Positions 31,426 to 41,560 are shown, numbered from the stretch's first letter. The stretch is 64,000 bases of DNA from Nitrospira sp. (GCA_030444405.1 JARFPM010000004.1:12540-76539), one strand, 5' to 3'. The notes: generated from the sequence alone by a model not told the origin. Program-made: numbers and translations.

Positions 31426-32229
31426 ATGCCGCCCAAACAGAGTCAACAAAACGCTGGCGCTGCAATGACTTCGGTCAGCCGGCCATATCGGAGCGGAACG
31501 CTCTACGTGGTAGCGGTCCCCATCGGACATCCCGACGATGTGACCCTGCGCGCCCTTCGAATTCTCGGCATGGTAGACCTGATCGCGTCCGAAGATCCAA
31601 AGGTGACACAACAACTCCTGATGCATCACGGCATTCAGGCAACCGTGACGAGCTACGGACCCAGAAATCTTCAGGAAAAAGCAGCGGTTCTCTTGCAACG
31701 TTTACAGCAGGGAATTGACGTCGCGTTAGTATCGGATTGTGGATCCCCCCTCGTCGCCGACCCCGGCCATTTTCTTGTAGCGGCCGCCCATACGCATGGC
31801 ATCCCGGTGGTTCCAGTACCCGGTCCTTCTGCGATTATCGCGGCTTTAAGCGCCGCGGGATTCTCTTGCGATTCCTTCTGTTTTCTTGGACATCTGCCGA
31901 GCGCCCCCTCTCGTATCACCCCATACCTTATCGATTCCCTCAAGAGGGAGGGTCCAACCGTTGCGTTCTGCACTGGAACAGAAGTCGCACGCATACTGAG
32001 AACCCTTGGCGGCATCTCTCCTCGACGCTCCGTCGCTGTGGCCTACGACTTAACGAAACCGAATGAACACATCATCCGTGGAACGGCTTTTGAGGTACTT
32101 GAGAGACTAGGCCCAACTCGGAGACTGGACGTGACACTCGTGCTTGCAGGAAAAGATGGAACAGAATTGGATGCCCAAGGCGTGCGCCGCGCTCAGTCGC
32201 TCTCCTCTCGACGGATCAAGACCCGATAA
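31426..32229 (+). CDS. rsmI: 16S rRNA (cytidine1402-2'-O)-methyltransferase
   Basis: Tetrapyrrole-methylase fold LYVVAVPIGHPDDVTLRALRILGMVDLIASEDPK, VALVSDCGSPLVADPG. The start may be MTSVS at 31465. Confidence 0.85.
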   Translation: MPPKQSQQNAGAAMTSVSRPYRSGTLYVVAVPIGHPDDVTLRALRILGMVDLIASEDPKVTQQLLMHHGIQATVTSYGPRNLQEKAAVLLQRLQQGIDVALVSDCGSPLVADPGHFLVAAAHTHGIPVVPVPGPSAIIAALSAAGFSCDSFCFLGHLPSAPSRITPYLIDSLKREGPTVAFCTGTEVARILRTLGGISPRRSVAVAYDLTKPNEHIIRGTAFEVLERLGPTRRLDVTLVLAGKDGTELDAQGVRRAQSLSSRRIKTR

Positions 32230-32456
32230 GCTTGCTCGACTCGTTCCTGCGACAATACCGTATGGCCTTCGTTCTCAACGCTACGAGGGACATTGCGGAT
32301 GGGATCTCCATCATCGAGAATCACCGACAGCACCTGTCCCTGCTTCAGCGTCTCCAGCTTGAGCTTCGTCTTCACGAAGTTGTAAGGACAAATCACTCCA
32401 CGAAGATCAAGTTCGGACACCGGCGCCTCCGGTAAATTCTGATTCTCATTCATCAT
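32193..32456 (-). CDS. TusA/SirA-like sulfur carrier protein
   Basis: LDLRGVICPYNFVKTKLKL (CPxP-type active Cys) in an 87-aa protein. The 3' end overlaps the 3' end of rsmI by 37 nt (convergent). Confidence 0.8.
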   Translation of the reverse strand: MMNENQNLPEAPVSELDLRGVICPYNFVKTKLKLETLKQGQVLSVILDDGDPIRNVPRSVENEGHTVLSQERVEQAYRVLIRREESD

Positions 32457-32535
32457 GTCAATTCGAGAGAAAAAACAATACAGTCACATTGTCAGACTAT
32501 CAAGAATGCTGGAATTGAGTAAGTAAGACCCAAAC

Positions 32536-32562
32536 GAAAAAGGGGCAGCGGAAGCTGCCCCT
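32536..32562 (-). terminator. rho-independent terminator
   Basis: Stem ggggcagc/gctgcccc with loop ggaa, followed on the minus strand by TTTTT. Lies ~30 nt after the stop of 32591..33352. Confidence 0.7.
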
Positions 32563-32590
32563 TGTCCAGAATTCGCAGACGCGATGTTAC

Positions 32591-33352
32591 CTACTGCATT
32601 CCCTTCACAAGATTCGGCTTCGTCCCATCCGTTCCATAATCCGACTTTGTTTGACTCTGATAGCCCCACCCTGGCTGCGGGTCGCAATTCCAGCAGGGAG
32701 CTGAACCAGTGTATTCACCAATAGTGGTATCCACTGTCCCAGTAATCTTCCCAGGGAGGACTGCACCAGGGACGCCGCCTGTCACACCGCCGCCATCCAC
32801 CACGATTGCACGATCGTTGGTTGGGTCAGGCCGTTGGCCAAGTCCTCCGAATCCCTTCCTCGTTGCCACGACATTCGTGACGGACACCTCGGACACCAAT
32901 TTCTTTCCGGTTCCGAAAGGCTGCTGCTGAGTCGTTTCCTCCATGACCTGAACCGTGACTTCGTCTCCGACGTTGAGTTCTCGGATAGCTTGCATGTTCG
33001 ATCGATCGGTGAGATACAGCGTCACGATCGTACGAGCGCCATAACCGGCCTTGCCTTCCTGACCTTCGTCTTGCAACCGGCCTGCTCCGCCCGTTTCAAC
33101 CATGAGCCTGCGCTGCGGCAAATCCAGTGCGAATACACGTCCCATCACTGTTTCGGGCTGAGAGAGACGATCGAGAAAGGTGTTCCGATCGAACGTCTGA
33201 ACACGATTTGCGCTTCCGGAGACGTCCCCTACACTTGTTCCGACGCCAAGCGATGACCCACCAGATGACTGCTGTAGTCGCTCTTGAGCCACTGCAACAT
33301 TCATAGAGCCGACACAAAGCATTGCGGCTCCTAGTGCCAACACTTTACGCAT
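32591..33352 (-). CDS. secreted hypothetical protein
   Basis: Signal peptide MRKVLALGAAMLCVGSMNVAVAQE. Gly/Thr-rich C-terminal half ending CWNCDPQPGWGY. I recognise no family. Confidence 0.6.
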   Translation of the reverse strand: MRKVLALGAAMLCVGSMNVAVAQERLQQSSGGSSLGVGTSVGDVSGSANRVQTFDRNTFLDRLSQPETVMGRVFALDLPQRRLMVETGGAGRLQDEGQEGKAGYGARTIVTLYLTDRSNMQAIRELNVGDEVTVQVMEETTQQQPFGTGKKLVSEVSVTNVVATRKGFGGLGQRPDPTNDRAIVVDGGGVTGGVPGAVLPGKITGTVDTTIGEYTGSAPCWNCDPQPGWGYQSQTKSDYGTDGTKPNLVKGMQ

Positions 33353-33620
33353 GTGCTGCCTCCTTAAGAGATAAGTGAACAGTAAATACTATAAATACTA
33401 TGGGAAGAATTCGAACGATGACGCTTGTACTATGCATCGATGACTGCAATAGGAATCGATCATCTATCAAATTATCGAGAAATACGGCAAGAACCTAGGC
33501 TAATAGTACCGCGCTGTCAAGAGGGTAATTGATGTTGAACGCCGAAAAGTCCCCTCGCCATCCGCTCCCTCAAGAGCATCGAGCGCCGTAGCGCATGAAT
33601 GCTGCGATTCTTGATATTGC

Positions 33621-33707
33621 TGGTGCCCGGAGGGAGGGTCGAACTCCCACTCTCTTGCGAGAACCGGATTTTGAGTCCGGCGCGTCTGCCAGTTCCGCCA
33701 TCCGGGC
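33621..33707 (-). tRNA. tRNA-Leu (anticodon CAA), CCA encoded
   Basis: Hand fold: acceptor GCCCGGA/TCCGGGC, D arm GCG..CGC, anticodon stem CCGGA/TCCGG with loop CTCAAAA, long variable arm, T arm GGGAG-TTCGACC-CTCCC, 3' ACCA. Confidence 0.92.
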
Positions 33708-33873
33708 CAACCTCTGCTGTAGTTCTGTAGTTCTGTCGTAGGCCGCTCTTCTAACATGTCATCATGATGGGGTCAATTAGGATATCAACCCTTTCCTTCA
33801 TCTCGATAAGTCTGGTAGGATGAAATAAAATTGGAAAATTGTGAACCAAGCTGTCAAAAGGAGTACGGTGGTT

Positions 33874-34155
33874 ATGGGAGAGGTTTCGTGTATTACATGC
33901 GGACAAACCGGTGAAGCCATTACAGCCCCATTGTTTCTAGGCAAGCTTGAAGCAGAAGTAAAAAGCAAGGTTTGCACCAGCTGCTGGAAAAAGTGGGAAG
34001 GCATGCGGGTGATGGTCATCAATGAATATCAAGTCAATCTCGGCGATGAGAGTGGACGTGAACTCGTTCGCAAGCAGATGAAGGCATTCTTGAAACTAGG
34101 AGAACAGGTCGATTCGTCCAAGGTCGCCGAAAACTATCGTCCGCCAACCAGCTGA
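33874..34155 (+). CDS. YggX-like Fe(2+)-trafficking / oxidative damage protection protein
   Basis: MGEVSCITCGQTGEAI...CTSCWKKWEGMRVMVINEYQVNLGDESGRELVRKQMKAFL matches the YggX pattern (W..W......iNE..lN). Start chosen at the ATG inside ORF 33841..34155. Confidence 0.7.
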   Translation: MGEVSCITCGQTGEAITAPLFLGKLEAEVKSKVCTSCWKKWEGMRVMVINEYQVNLGDESGRELVRKQMKAFLKLGEQVDSSKVAENYRPPTS

Positions 34156-34309
34156 TCATGTATTTCTTTCGGAAGAGTTGTAGCGAGTCAGCTTCCAGTT
34201 TTCCCTTGGATTGTCGCTGGGTTCGTTGACATCATAAATCCAAAAGTGCTAGGTTGTCGCGTCCTGCCATTCTCCTGATGAATGGTGGAAGAGAGGATTC
34301 GGTTCGGCG

Positions 34310-34765
34310 GTGATCACGCAGATGCAGGTCAAGGGGCTCATGTTTGACCCCTACAACAATGCGTATATCGTCATACTCCGAGACGATGATCAGTCGGAAA
34401 TGCTACCGATCTGGGTCGGGAAATCGGAAGCAAGCTCGATCAGCCTGGCGATCGAGAATGTCGCCCCTCCCCGTCCCATGACTCACGACTTCATGAAGTC
34501 ATACTTGGATGCCTTCAACGCTAAGGTCATTAGTGTGGTGATTACGGACCTCAACGAACATACCTATTTCGCCAAAGTACATTTGACCTATGCAGACTCG
34601 GAATATACCGTCGATTCCCGTCCCAGCGACGCCATCGCCCTCGCTCTCCGGACCGAGGCTCCGATTTTTGCGAGTGAGTCCGTGATTCGAAAGCAGAGTT
34701 CGGAAGAACTCGATCAGTGGCTGGAAAACCTGAAGCCTGAGGACTTTGGGAAATTGGACTCCTGA
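34310..34765 (+). CDS. bifunctional nuclease family protein (DUF151/BFN), copy 1
   Basis: LPIWVGKSEASSISLAIENVAPPRPMTHDF ... VDSRPSDAIALALRTEAPIF. Confidence 0.8.
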   Translation: MITQMQVKGLMFDPYNNAYIVILRDDDQSEMLPIWVGKSEASSISLAIENVAPPRPMTHDFMKSYLDAFNAKVISVVITDLNEHTYFAKVHLTYADSEYTVDSRPSDAIALALRTEAPIFASESVIRKQSSEELDQWLENLKPEDFGKLDS

Positions 34766-34784
34766 CGAATTTGTTGATGGTTGT

Positions 34785-35264
34785 ATGGAAGAGCAAACAA
34801 CCGAACCGTTGATACAACTTACAGTCAATCGAGTCGTAGAAGACTCGAATACGGATACCAGGATCGTCGTATTGACTCGAACCGACGGCGCGTCGGAGCA
34901 TTTCATGATATGGGTTGGAGCATCGGAGGGTGAAGCGATCAGACGTGCCTTGGACACATCGACGACACCACGACCGATGAGCCACGATCTGATCAAGAGT
35001 TTCGGCGAACACCTCGGCATCAAGATGGAACGAGCGGTCCTCACGGACGTCAAGAGCAGCACGTACTATGCAATCGTCTACCTCGAAAACAAAGGAGTCG
35101 TACGCACCATCGATTCCAGACCGAGCGACGCCATCGCATTGGCTCTCCGCTGCCAGGCGCCCATTTATGTGACACAGGACGTTTGGAGACGACGCAGCGG
35201 TCAGAATCTGGACGCGTGGTTGTCCAAGCTGGAAACGAAGAATATCGGTGCGCAAGAAGTCTAA
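34785..35264 (+). CDS. bifunctional nuclease family protein (DUF151/BFN), copy 2
   Basis: ORF 34746..35264, start set at MEEQTTEPL. FMIWVGASEGEAIRRALDTSTTPRPMSHDL ... IDSRPSDAIALALRCQAPIY. Confidence 0.8.
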   Translation: MEEQTTEPLIQLTVNRVVEDSNTDTRIVVLTRTDGASEHFMIWVGASEGEAIRRALDTSTTPRPMSHDLIKSFGEHLGIKMERAVLTDVKSSTYYAIVYLENKGVVRTIDSRPSDAIALALRCQAPIYVTQDVWRRRSGQNLDAWLSKLETKNIGAQEV

Positions 35265-35306
35265 CACCCCTCAAATGCTGACAGAGTTGCAGCGGTGGAG
35301 AAAAAG

Positions 35307-35738
35307 ATGATGATGACGTATTTCGAGAATCCGACTCAAGTGAAAGAAAGCTGGCATCTGGTGAACGCGGAGGGGAAAACCCTAGGCCGATTGGCCGCAC
35401 GAGTGGCGAGCATCTTACGGGGGAAACATCGCCCGACATTCACACCGAATGTCGATATGGGTGACCATGTGGTCATCGTGAATGCGGAGAAGATTCAATT
35501 GACCGGCGACAAGATGGAGACCAAACTATACCGGCGCCATTCAGGGTATCCGGGAGGGTTGAAAACCGCCTCCGCCGCACACGTGTTTCGGAAAGACCCT
35601 ACGCAGCTCTTGACAAAAGCGATCAAGGGCATGCTTCCTAAAACTCCGCTCGGCAATGGCATGGCGCGTAAGCTCCGCGTCTATGTCGGACCCAACCATC
35701 CGCATCACGCTCAACGTCCTGAACCTATTTCTCTCTAG
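35307..35738 (+). CDS. rplM: 50S ribosomal protein L13
   Basis: WHLVNAEGKTLGRLAARVASILRGKHRPTFTP. ATG at 35307 follows GGTGGAG. Confidence 0.95.
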   Translation: MMMTYFENPTQVKESWHLVNAEGKTLGRLAARVASILRGKHRPTFTPNVDMGDHVVIVNAEKIQLTGDKMETKLYRRHSGYPGGLKTASAAHVFRKDPTQLLTKAIKGMLPKTPLGNGMARKLRVYVGPNHPHHAQRPEPISL

Positions 35739-35771
35739 AGACATGTCCTCAAACGGAAGGAGACGAGTCGC

Positions 35772-36164
35772 ATGGCAGTGGTGACACAATACGCAACGGG
35801 GCGGAGAAAGTGCGCAGTCGCCCGAGCCTGGGTCACAGGCACCGCGGGCGATATTACCGTGAACGATAAGCCGTTGGAGAAGGCGTTTCCTCGCCTCACC
35901 CTCCGGCAAATTATCCAGCTCCCTCTTGAGATGGCCGGCCTGATGGGCAAGTATTCGATCAGCGCCACCGTCTATGGGGGCGGCCCTACCGGGCAAGCCG
36001 GCGCTCTCCGTCATGCCATCGCGAGGGCGCTTGTCGCGATGACCCCTTCCACCCGTAGCCCCCTGAAGAAGGAGGGGTTGCTCACTCGTGATTCGCGCGT
36101 GAAGGAACGAAAGAAGTACGGACAAAAGGGCGCACGCAAGAGGTTCCAGTACTCCAAGCGTTAG
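35772..36164 (+). CDS. rpsI: 30S ribosomal protein S9
   Basis: ATGRRKCAVARAWV, GGGPTGQAGALRHAIARAL, C-terminal KKYGQKGARKRFQYSKR. Confidence 0.95.
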   Translation: MAVVTQYATGRRKCAVARAWVTGTAGDITVNDKPLEKAFPRLTLRQIIQLPLEMAGLMGKYSISATVYGGGPTGQAGALRHAIARALVAMTPSTRSPLKKEGLLTRDSRVKERKKYGQKGARKRFQYSKR

Positions 36165-36187
36165 GCGCAGGGGCTGACGATCTAGAA

Positions 36188-36218
36188 AAAGGGAAGGCTC
36201 CATGCCTTCCCTTTTTTG
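36188..36218 (+). terminator. rho-independent terminator after rpsI
   Basis: Stem gggaaggc/gccttccc with loop tccat, followed by tttttt. Confidence 0.8.
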
Positions 36219-36267
36219 TGTCTTCCTTGTGGAAGTGACCGGCGGCCCAGGATATGGGCGGTGAGCC

Positions 36268-37320
36268 ATGAATAAGAAATTTCGAATCGCCATCGCAGGA
36301 GCCAGCGGATATGCCGGTGCAGAACTTGTTCGGCTTGCGACGGCCCATCCCTATTTCACCATCACCGCCGTGACGTCTGAAAAGTCAGCGGGTCAGTCGG
36401 TCTCATCCGTATTTCCCAGCTTCAAGGGAATCGTCAATCATCAATTTGAAGCCTTGGCGCCTGAAGCCCTGACGGAGCGGGCGGATGCCATTTTTCTCGC
36501 ACTACCCCATACCAAATCACAGGACCCCGTTGCGGCCTGTATCAAGGCAGGCAAGCCCGTCGTCGACCTCAGTGCAGATTATCGGCTGAAGGACGTCGGC
36601 GTCTATGAGAAGTGGTATCACACTCCGCATAGCCATCCACATTTGCTCCAAGACGCGGTGTACGGTTTACCGGAACTTCATCGGACCGCGATTGCCAAAT
36701 CAAAACTGGTTGCTTCGCCTGGATGTTATCCCACCGCCGCCGTCCTACAGTTGGCGCCCCTCTTCGCCAAAAGGCTCGCGCAGCCGGAGACGATTGTGAT
36801 CGACGCAAAGTCTGGCGTGTCAGGAGCGGGACGAAGCCCGGCCTTGGCCTACCATTTCCCGGAAGCGCATGAATCCTTAGAGCCCTACAAGATTGGTCAA
36901 CATCGCCATATTCCTGAAATCGAACAGGAACTTTCAGAACTCATGGACACAGTCGGCTCCGTGATCGTGACATTCACACCTCATCTTGTCCCGATGAATC
37001 GCGGCATCCTGAGTACGGCATATTGTAAGCTGACGCAGACCATGCAACTTTCGGATCTTCAGGACTTGTACCGAGAGTTCTATACAGGTGAACGCTTCAT
37101 CCGACTCTACGAAGATCTCGTTCCTAATCCGCGTTACATCAAGGGAACGAACTATTGCGACATCGGCGTGTACACGGATTCGCGGGCCGGATGGGTCGTC
37201 ACAGTGGCGGCGGTGGACAATCTCGTCAAGGGAGCCGCTGGTCAGGCCATTCAAGCCATGAATTTGATGCTCGGCATTCCGGAGGACACCGGTCTCACTG
37301 CACCAGGCAGTTATCCCTAA
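36268..37320 (+). CDS. argC: N-acetyl-gamma-glutamyl-phosphate reductase
   Basis: IAIAGASGYAGAELVRL, active site ASPGCYPTA. Confidence 0.93.
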   Translation: MNKKFRIAIAGASGYAGAELVRLATAHPYFTITAVTSEKSAGQSVSSVFPSFKGIVNHQFEALAPEALTERADAIFLALPHTKSQDPVAACIKAGKPVVDLSADYRLKDVGVYEKWYHTPHSHPHLLQDAVYGLPELHRTAIAKSKLVASPGCYPTAAVLQLAPLFAKRLAQPETIVIDAKSGVSGAGRSPALAYHFPEAHESLEPYKIGQHRHIPEIEQELSELMDTVGSVIVTFTPHLVPMNRGILSTAYCKLTQTMQLSDLQDLYREFYTGERFIRLYEDLVPNPRYIKGTNYCDIGVYTDSRAGWVVTVAAVDNLVKGAAGQAIQAMNLMLGIPEDTGLTAPGSYP

Positions 37321-37373
37321 GCACCCTCCTTGACGATCGCGTGACTGAACCGTAACGCGACCGAGAAATCAAT

Positions 37374-38579
37374 ATGAGACCAAAACACGTCGGCATCACC
37401 GCACCGCTGGGGTTTCAAGCCGCCGGCATCCATTGTGGAATCAAAAAACCAGATCTGCTCGATTTAGCACTCTGTGTGTCCGACGTCGGCGGACCAATCG
37501 CCGGCCTGTTCACAAAGAATCGCGTTGTTGCTGCGCCGGTACTCCTGGATCGACACCATCTTCGGTCCCGTCGCGGGCGAGCTATCATTGTCAACAGTGG
37601 GAATGCCAATGCCTGCACGGGTGAACAAGGGCTGGTGGCGGCAAAAGCGATGGCCACGGCCGTAGCGGAGCAGCTTTCCATTCCCGTGCGCCAAGTATTC
37701 GTGGGTTCGACCGGTGTGATCGGTCGTGCACTGCCGATTGATCGCATCACCGCAGCTGTCCCAACATTGATCGCATGTCTCAGCATTTCAGGAGGCGATC
37801 AAGCAGCACAAGCGATTATGACCACGGACTTGCGGCCAAAAACCGTCGCGAGAGAAGCGAGAATCGGCGGTCGCGCCGTCACCATCGGCGGCATGGCTAA
37901 GGGTTCGGGCATGATCCATCCGAATATGGCCACGATGCTTGCCTATCTGACGACGGATGCAGCGATTGCTCCAGCGGCCCTCCAGCAGGCGTTGCGATCA
38001 GCAGTCGATCAATCCTTCAACTGCATTACGGTGGACGGTGATACCAGCACGAACGACACGGTTCTGTGTCTGGCTAACGGCCTCGCCAAGAACCGACCTA
38101 TTCAACAAGGCACCAGGCCCTATCGCGACTTCGAACGACTCTTAACAGATGCTACCCAGGAATTGGCACTCATGATATGCCGCGATGGAGAAGGAGTCAC
38201 CAAGGTCGTACGGATTCTCGTGCAAGGAGCCATCACGAAGGCAGCGGCGAAACGAGTCGCTGACACAATTGCGACATCCAATCTGGTCAAGACCGCCTTG
38301 TTTGGGGAAGATGCCAATTGGGGCAGAGTCATGGCTGCCATCGGGCGATCGGGCGTTGCGATCGACCCAGGTAAAGTCACGGTGCGATTCGATGACATTG
38401 TCATGGTACGGGGCGGGGTCGGAATGGGGCTGGAGGCGGAGCAGAAGATCGCGCAGGTCTTCAAACAAAAGGAGTTCACTGTCACCGTCCAGCTTGGGCA
38501 GGGTCAAGCTCATGCCCACATGTGGACGACCGACCTCTCGTATGACTATGTCCGCATTAACGCCAGCTATCGCTCCTAA
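37374..38579 (+). CDS. argJ: bifunctional ornithine acetyltransferase / N-acetylglutamate synthase
   Basis: GF.AAGIHCGIKK, autoprocessing site ATMLAYLTTDA, C-terminal SYDYVRINASYRS. Confidence 0.93.
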   Translation: MRPKHVGITAPLGFQAAGIHCGIKKPDLLDLALCVSDVGGPIAGLFTKNRVVAAPVLLDRHHLRSRRGRAIIVNSGNANACTGEQGLVAAKAMATAVAEQLSIPVRQVFVGSTGVIGRALPIDRITAAVPTLIACLSISGGDQAAQAIMTTDLRPKTVAREARIGGRAVTIGGMAKGSGMIHPNMATMLAYLTTDAAIAPAALQQALRSAVDQSFNCITVDGDTSTNDTVLCLANGLAKNRPIQQGTRPYRDFERLLTDATQELALMICRDGEGVTKVVRILVQGAITKAAAKRVADTIATSNLVKTALFGEDANWGRVMAAIGRSGVAIDPGKVTVRFDDIVMVRGGVGMGLEAEQKIAQVFKQKEFTVTVQLGQGQAHAHMWTTDLSYDYVRINASYRS

Positions 38580-38793
38580 CTCAAAAAGACTGCGGGCAGC
38601 TTGAAACCTCGGCAGGACTATGGTAGCGTCCTCGATCTGGGTCCGACAGGGGGTTCGTTGCTGGTACAAAGCGAACGGCCCCATTCAATAAAATCACTAT
38701 CAGCGTCGATACGCTGCAAGGCTTGAGAATAAGGGAAGCGATTCCCTCGCCCGATATGGTGGGTGCTCTGCAAGCTTGAAGGGAGGTGAAGGC

Positions 38794-39567
38794 ATGGGAG
38801 TAGTGGCGATCAAGGAGTTGTTGGAAGCCGGCGTTCATTTCGGGCACCAGACCAACCGCTGGAATCCCAAGATGAAGAGGTTTTTGTTCGGTGAACGCAG
38901 TGGCATTTATATCATCGATCTTCAGCAAACCGTCGCGCGGATGGAGCAAACCTATGCCTTCCTCCGAGACCTTGTTGCAGCCGGAGAATCTGTCTTGTTC
39001 GTCGGCACGAAGCGGCAGGCAGCGGAAATCCTCGAAGAAGAAGCCAAGCGAGCCAACATGTTTTTCGTCAACCAGCGCTGGCTGGGTGGGATGTTGACCA
39101 ACTTTCAAACTATTCGACGCAGCATCGATAAGATGAAGAAGATGGAGACGACGCTCCTGAACCCCAGTGATCATGGCCTTAAAAAGAAAGAAGTCCTTCT
39201 CATGCAGAAGGATATCGTCAAGCTCCAGAAATACCTGTCCGGCATCAAGAACATGCGCGGCCTTCCGGGAGCAGTCTTTATTTTGGATACGAGAATCGAA
39301 AAAATTGCCGTTCAAGAAGCGAAACGACTCGATATCCCGGTCATCGCCATCTTGGACAGCAACTGTGACCCTGACGACATCGCCTACCCGATTCCTGGTA
39401 ATGACGACGCTATTCGCTCGATCAAACTGATTACGTCCAAGATCGCCGATGCCTGTATCGAGGGCGCGCATTTGAAAGCCCAGCGAGAAGAAGCAGAGTT
39501 TCAAGCGACTCCCGCCAGCGGCGAAAAGAAACCAGCCATGCGCGTTGAAAGCGTTCCAGTTTCGTAA
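38794..39567 (+). CDS. rpsB: 30S ribosomal protein S2
   Basis: ORF 38776..39567. [32 protein letters not shown]. Confidence 0.95.
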   Translation: MGVVAIKELLEAGVHFGHQTNRWNPKMKRFLFGERSGIYIIDLQQTVARMEQTYAFLRDLVAAGESVLFVGTKRQAAEILEEEAKRANMFFVNQRWLGGMLTNFQTIRRSIDKMKKMETTLLNPSDHGLKKKEVLLMQKDIVKLQKYLSGIKNMRGLPGAVFILDTRIEKIAVQEAKRLDIPVIAILDSNCDPDDIAYPIPGNDDAIRSIKLITSKIADACIEGAHLKAQREEAEFQATPASGEKKPAMRVESVPVS

Positions 39568-39628
39568 ACTAACACAATTGATCCATCAACGGCTCATCTT
39601 CATCGAGAGAGCGAAGGAATAACGAATC

Positions 39629-40225
39629 ATGTCAGGATCCAGTCAACTCGTGAAAGAGCTTCGAGAAAAAACAGGGGCCGGCATTCTGGATTGTCAGAAT
39701 GCCCTCAATGAAAACGGGAATGACGTCGAAAAATCCATCGACTATCTGCGGCAAAAAGGCCTCGCGGCTGCTGCTAAGAAAGCCGGGCGAGAAACCAACC
39801 AAGGGCTAATTCATTCCTACATTCATATGGGCGGCAAGATCGGTGTATTGATCGAGGTGAACTGCGAAACCGATTTCGTCGCGCGGAATGAGGAATTCAA
39901 AGCTTTCGTCAACGATCTTGCTCTTCAGGTGGCGGCCGCAAAGCCATCATTCGTGAAGCGCGAGGATGTTCCAACTGATGTTGCCGAGAAGGAGAAAACG
40001 ATCTACGAAGGACAGGCCAAGGAAATGGGCAAGCCTCCCGCCGCATGGCCGAAGATCGTCGAAGGCAAGCTTGACAAGTTCTACCAGGAAAACTGCCTGT
40101 TGGAACAATCATTCATCAAAGACCCAGCCGTCACTATCAAGGATCTACTCGCTCAGAAGATCGCTAAGATCGGCGAAAACATGAACGTCCGCCGATTCAC
40201 CCGCTATCAGTTAGGCGAAGCATGA
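39629..40225 (+). CDS. tsf: elongation factor Ts
   Basis: [19 protein letters not shown], short (198-aa) EF-Ts form. Confidence 0.93.
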   Translation: MSGSSQLVKELREKTGAGILDCQNALNENGNDVEKSIDYLRQKGLAAAAKKAGRETNQGLIHSYIHMGGKIGVLIEVNCETDFVARNEEFKAFVNDLALQVAAAKPSFVKREDVPTDVAEKEKTIYEGQAKEMGKPPAAWPKIVEGKLDKFYQENCLLEQSFIKDPAVTIKDLLAQKIAKIGENMNVRRFTRYQLGEA

Positions 40226-40947
40226 GCTCTGCCAAATACCAACGCCTCCTTCTGAAAGTCAGCGGGGAGATGTTGGCCGGTGAGCAGGGTTACGGCATCC
40301 AGCCATCCATCCTGGAAGACCTCGCGGAGGAAATTGCTTCCGTCGTCGCCCTTGAGGTTCAAGTGGCGGTCGTCATCGGTGGAGGCAATATTTTTCGCGG
40401 GATCGCGGCAAGTGCGTCCGGTATGGAACGGGCCTCGGCTGATTACATGGGGATGCTGGCGACGGTGCTCAATGCGTTGGCACTCCAGAATGCGCTGGAA
40501 CGAGCTGGGATCATGACCCGTGTTCAATCCGCCATCGAAATGCGCCAGCTCGCAGAGGGGTACATCCGTCGGAGAGCGATCCGCCACCTTGAAAAGAGCC
40601 GGGTGGTCATTTTTGCCGCTGGCACGGGCAACCCCTATTTCTCGACCGATACGGCCGCCGTTCTACGGGCCATGGAGATCAGTGCGCAAGTGATCATGAA
40701 AGGGACGAAAGTTGACGGCATCTATGATGCCGACCCTGTCACCAATCCGTCGGCGAAGAAGTATGAGAAGATTTCATTTCTGTCCATCCTCAACCAGAAG
40801 CTCAAGGTCATGGATTCCACGGCGATCAGTCTCTGTATGGACAATAGATTGCCTCTCATCGTGTTCAACCTGAAAGTCAAAGGTAACTTTAAACGTGTAG
40901 CCTTAGGCGAGCCGATCGGAACCCTCGTTACGCTCGGTGATCGCTGA
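40222..40947 (+). CDS. pyrH: UMP kinase
   Basis: [39 protein letters not shown] overlap with tsf. Confidence 0.95.
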   Translation: MSSAKYQRLLLKVSGEMLAGEQGYGIQPSILEDLAEEIASVVALEVQVAVVIGGGNIFRGIAASASGMERASADYMGMLATVLNALALQNALERAGIMTRVQSAIEMRQLAEGYIRRRAIRHLEKSRVVIFAAGTGNPYFSTDTAAVLRAMEISAQVIMKGTKVDGIYDADPVTNPSAKKYEKISFLSILNQKLKVMDSTAISLCMDNRLPLIVFNLKVKGNFKRVALGEPIGTLVTLGDR

Positions 40948-40967
40948 CCCCATCAAGAGGTGTCTTC

Positions 40968-41531
40968 ATGTCCAACGCAGCCCCGGTTCGGCAGGTATTC
41001 ATCACCCATATGGATCAGGCTCTCGAACATCTGCGGAAAGACCTGTCCGGCCTCCGAACAGGGCGGGCCTCCGTCGCTCTGCTCGACGGCATCCGGGTCG
41101 ACTATTATGGAACCATGACCCCGCTCAAACAGATCGCGAATGTCTCCACCCCCGAAGCACGACTCATCACCATTCAACCCTGGGAACCGAAACTGATCAA
41201 AGAAATCGAGAAAGCCATATCCAATTCAGGGTTGGGTGTGACGCCTTCAAACGACGGCAAAGTGATCCGAGTCCCGCTTCCGCCCCTGACGGAAGAACGC
41301 CGCAAGGAGTTGACGAAGATCTGCAAAAAGCATGGTGAAGAGACGAAGGTTCAGATTCGAGGTTTTCGGCGAGACGCGAACGAAGAGTTAAAGAAACTCC
41401 AAAAAGATGCAAAGCTCACCGAAGACGAACTGCGCAAGGCCGAGCAAGAGACCCAGAAGCTGATCGATCAATATGGGCAGAAGATCGATGACGTGATTAA
41501 GAAAAAGGAACAGGAAATCATGGAGGTCTGA
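40968..41531 (+). CDS. frr: ribosome recycling factor
   Basis: LRTGRASVALLDGIRVDYYG, PLPPLTEERRKEL, IRGFRRDANEELKK. Confidence 0.95.
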   Translation: MSNAAPVRQVFITHMDQALEHLRKDLSGLRTGRASVALLDGIRVDYYGTMTPLKQIANVSTPEARLITIQPWEPKLIKEIEKAISNSGLGVTPSNDGKVIRVPLPPLTEERRKELTKICKKHGEETKVQIRGFRRDANEELKKLQKDAKLTEDELRKAEQETQKLIDQYGQKIDDVIKKKEQEIMEV

Positions 41532-41560
41532 GTCTGACTTCCTGATTCTCACCTCTTCGC

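Noticed and set aside
35541-36293. 250-aa minus-strand ORF
   Set aside because: It is antisense shadow of rplM and rpsI, whose translations carry unmistakable ribosomal protein signatures. The ORF has no motifs and an Arg/Gly/Pro-rich composition typical of GC-rich antisense frames.
38581-39504. 307-aa minus-strand ORF
   Set aside because: It lies antisense to rpsB and the argJ-rpsB spacer, with no recognisable domain. rpsB on the plus strand is certain.
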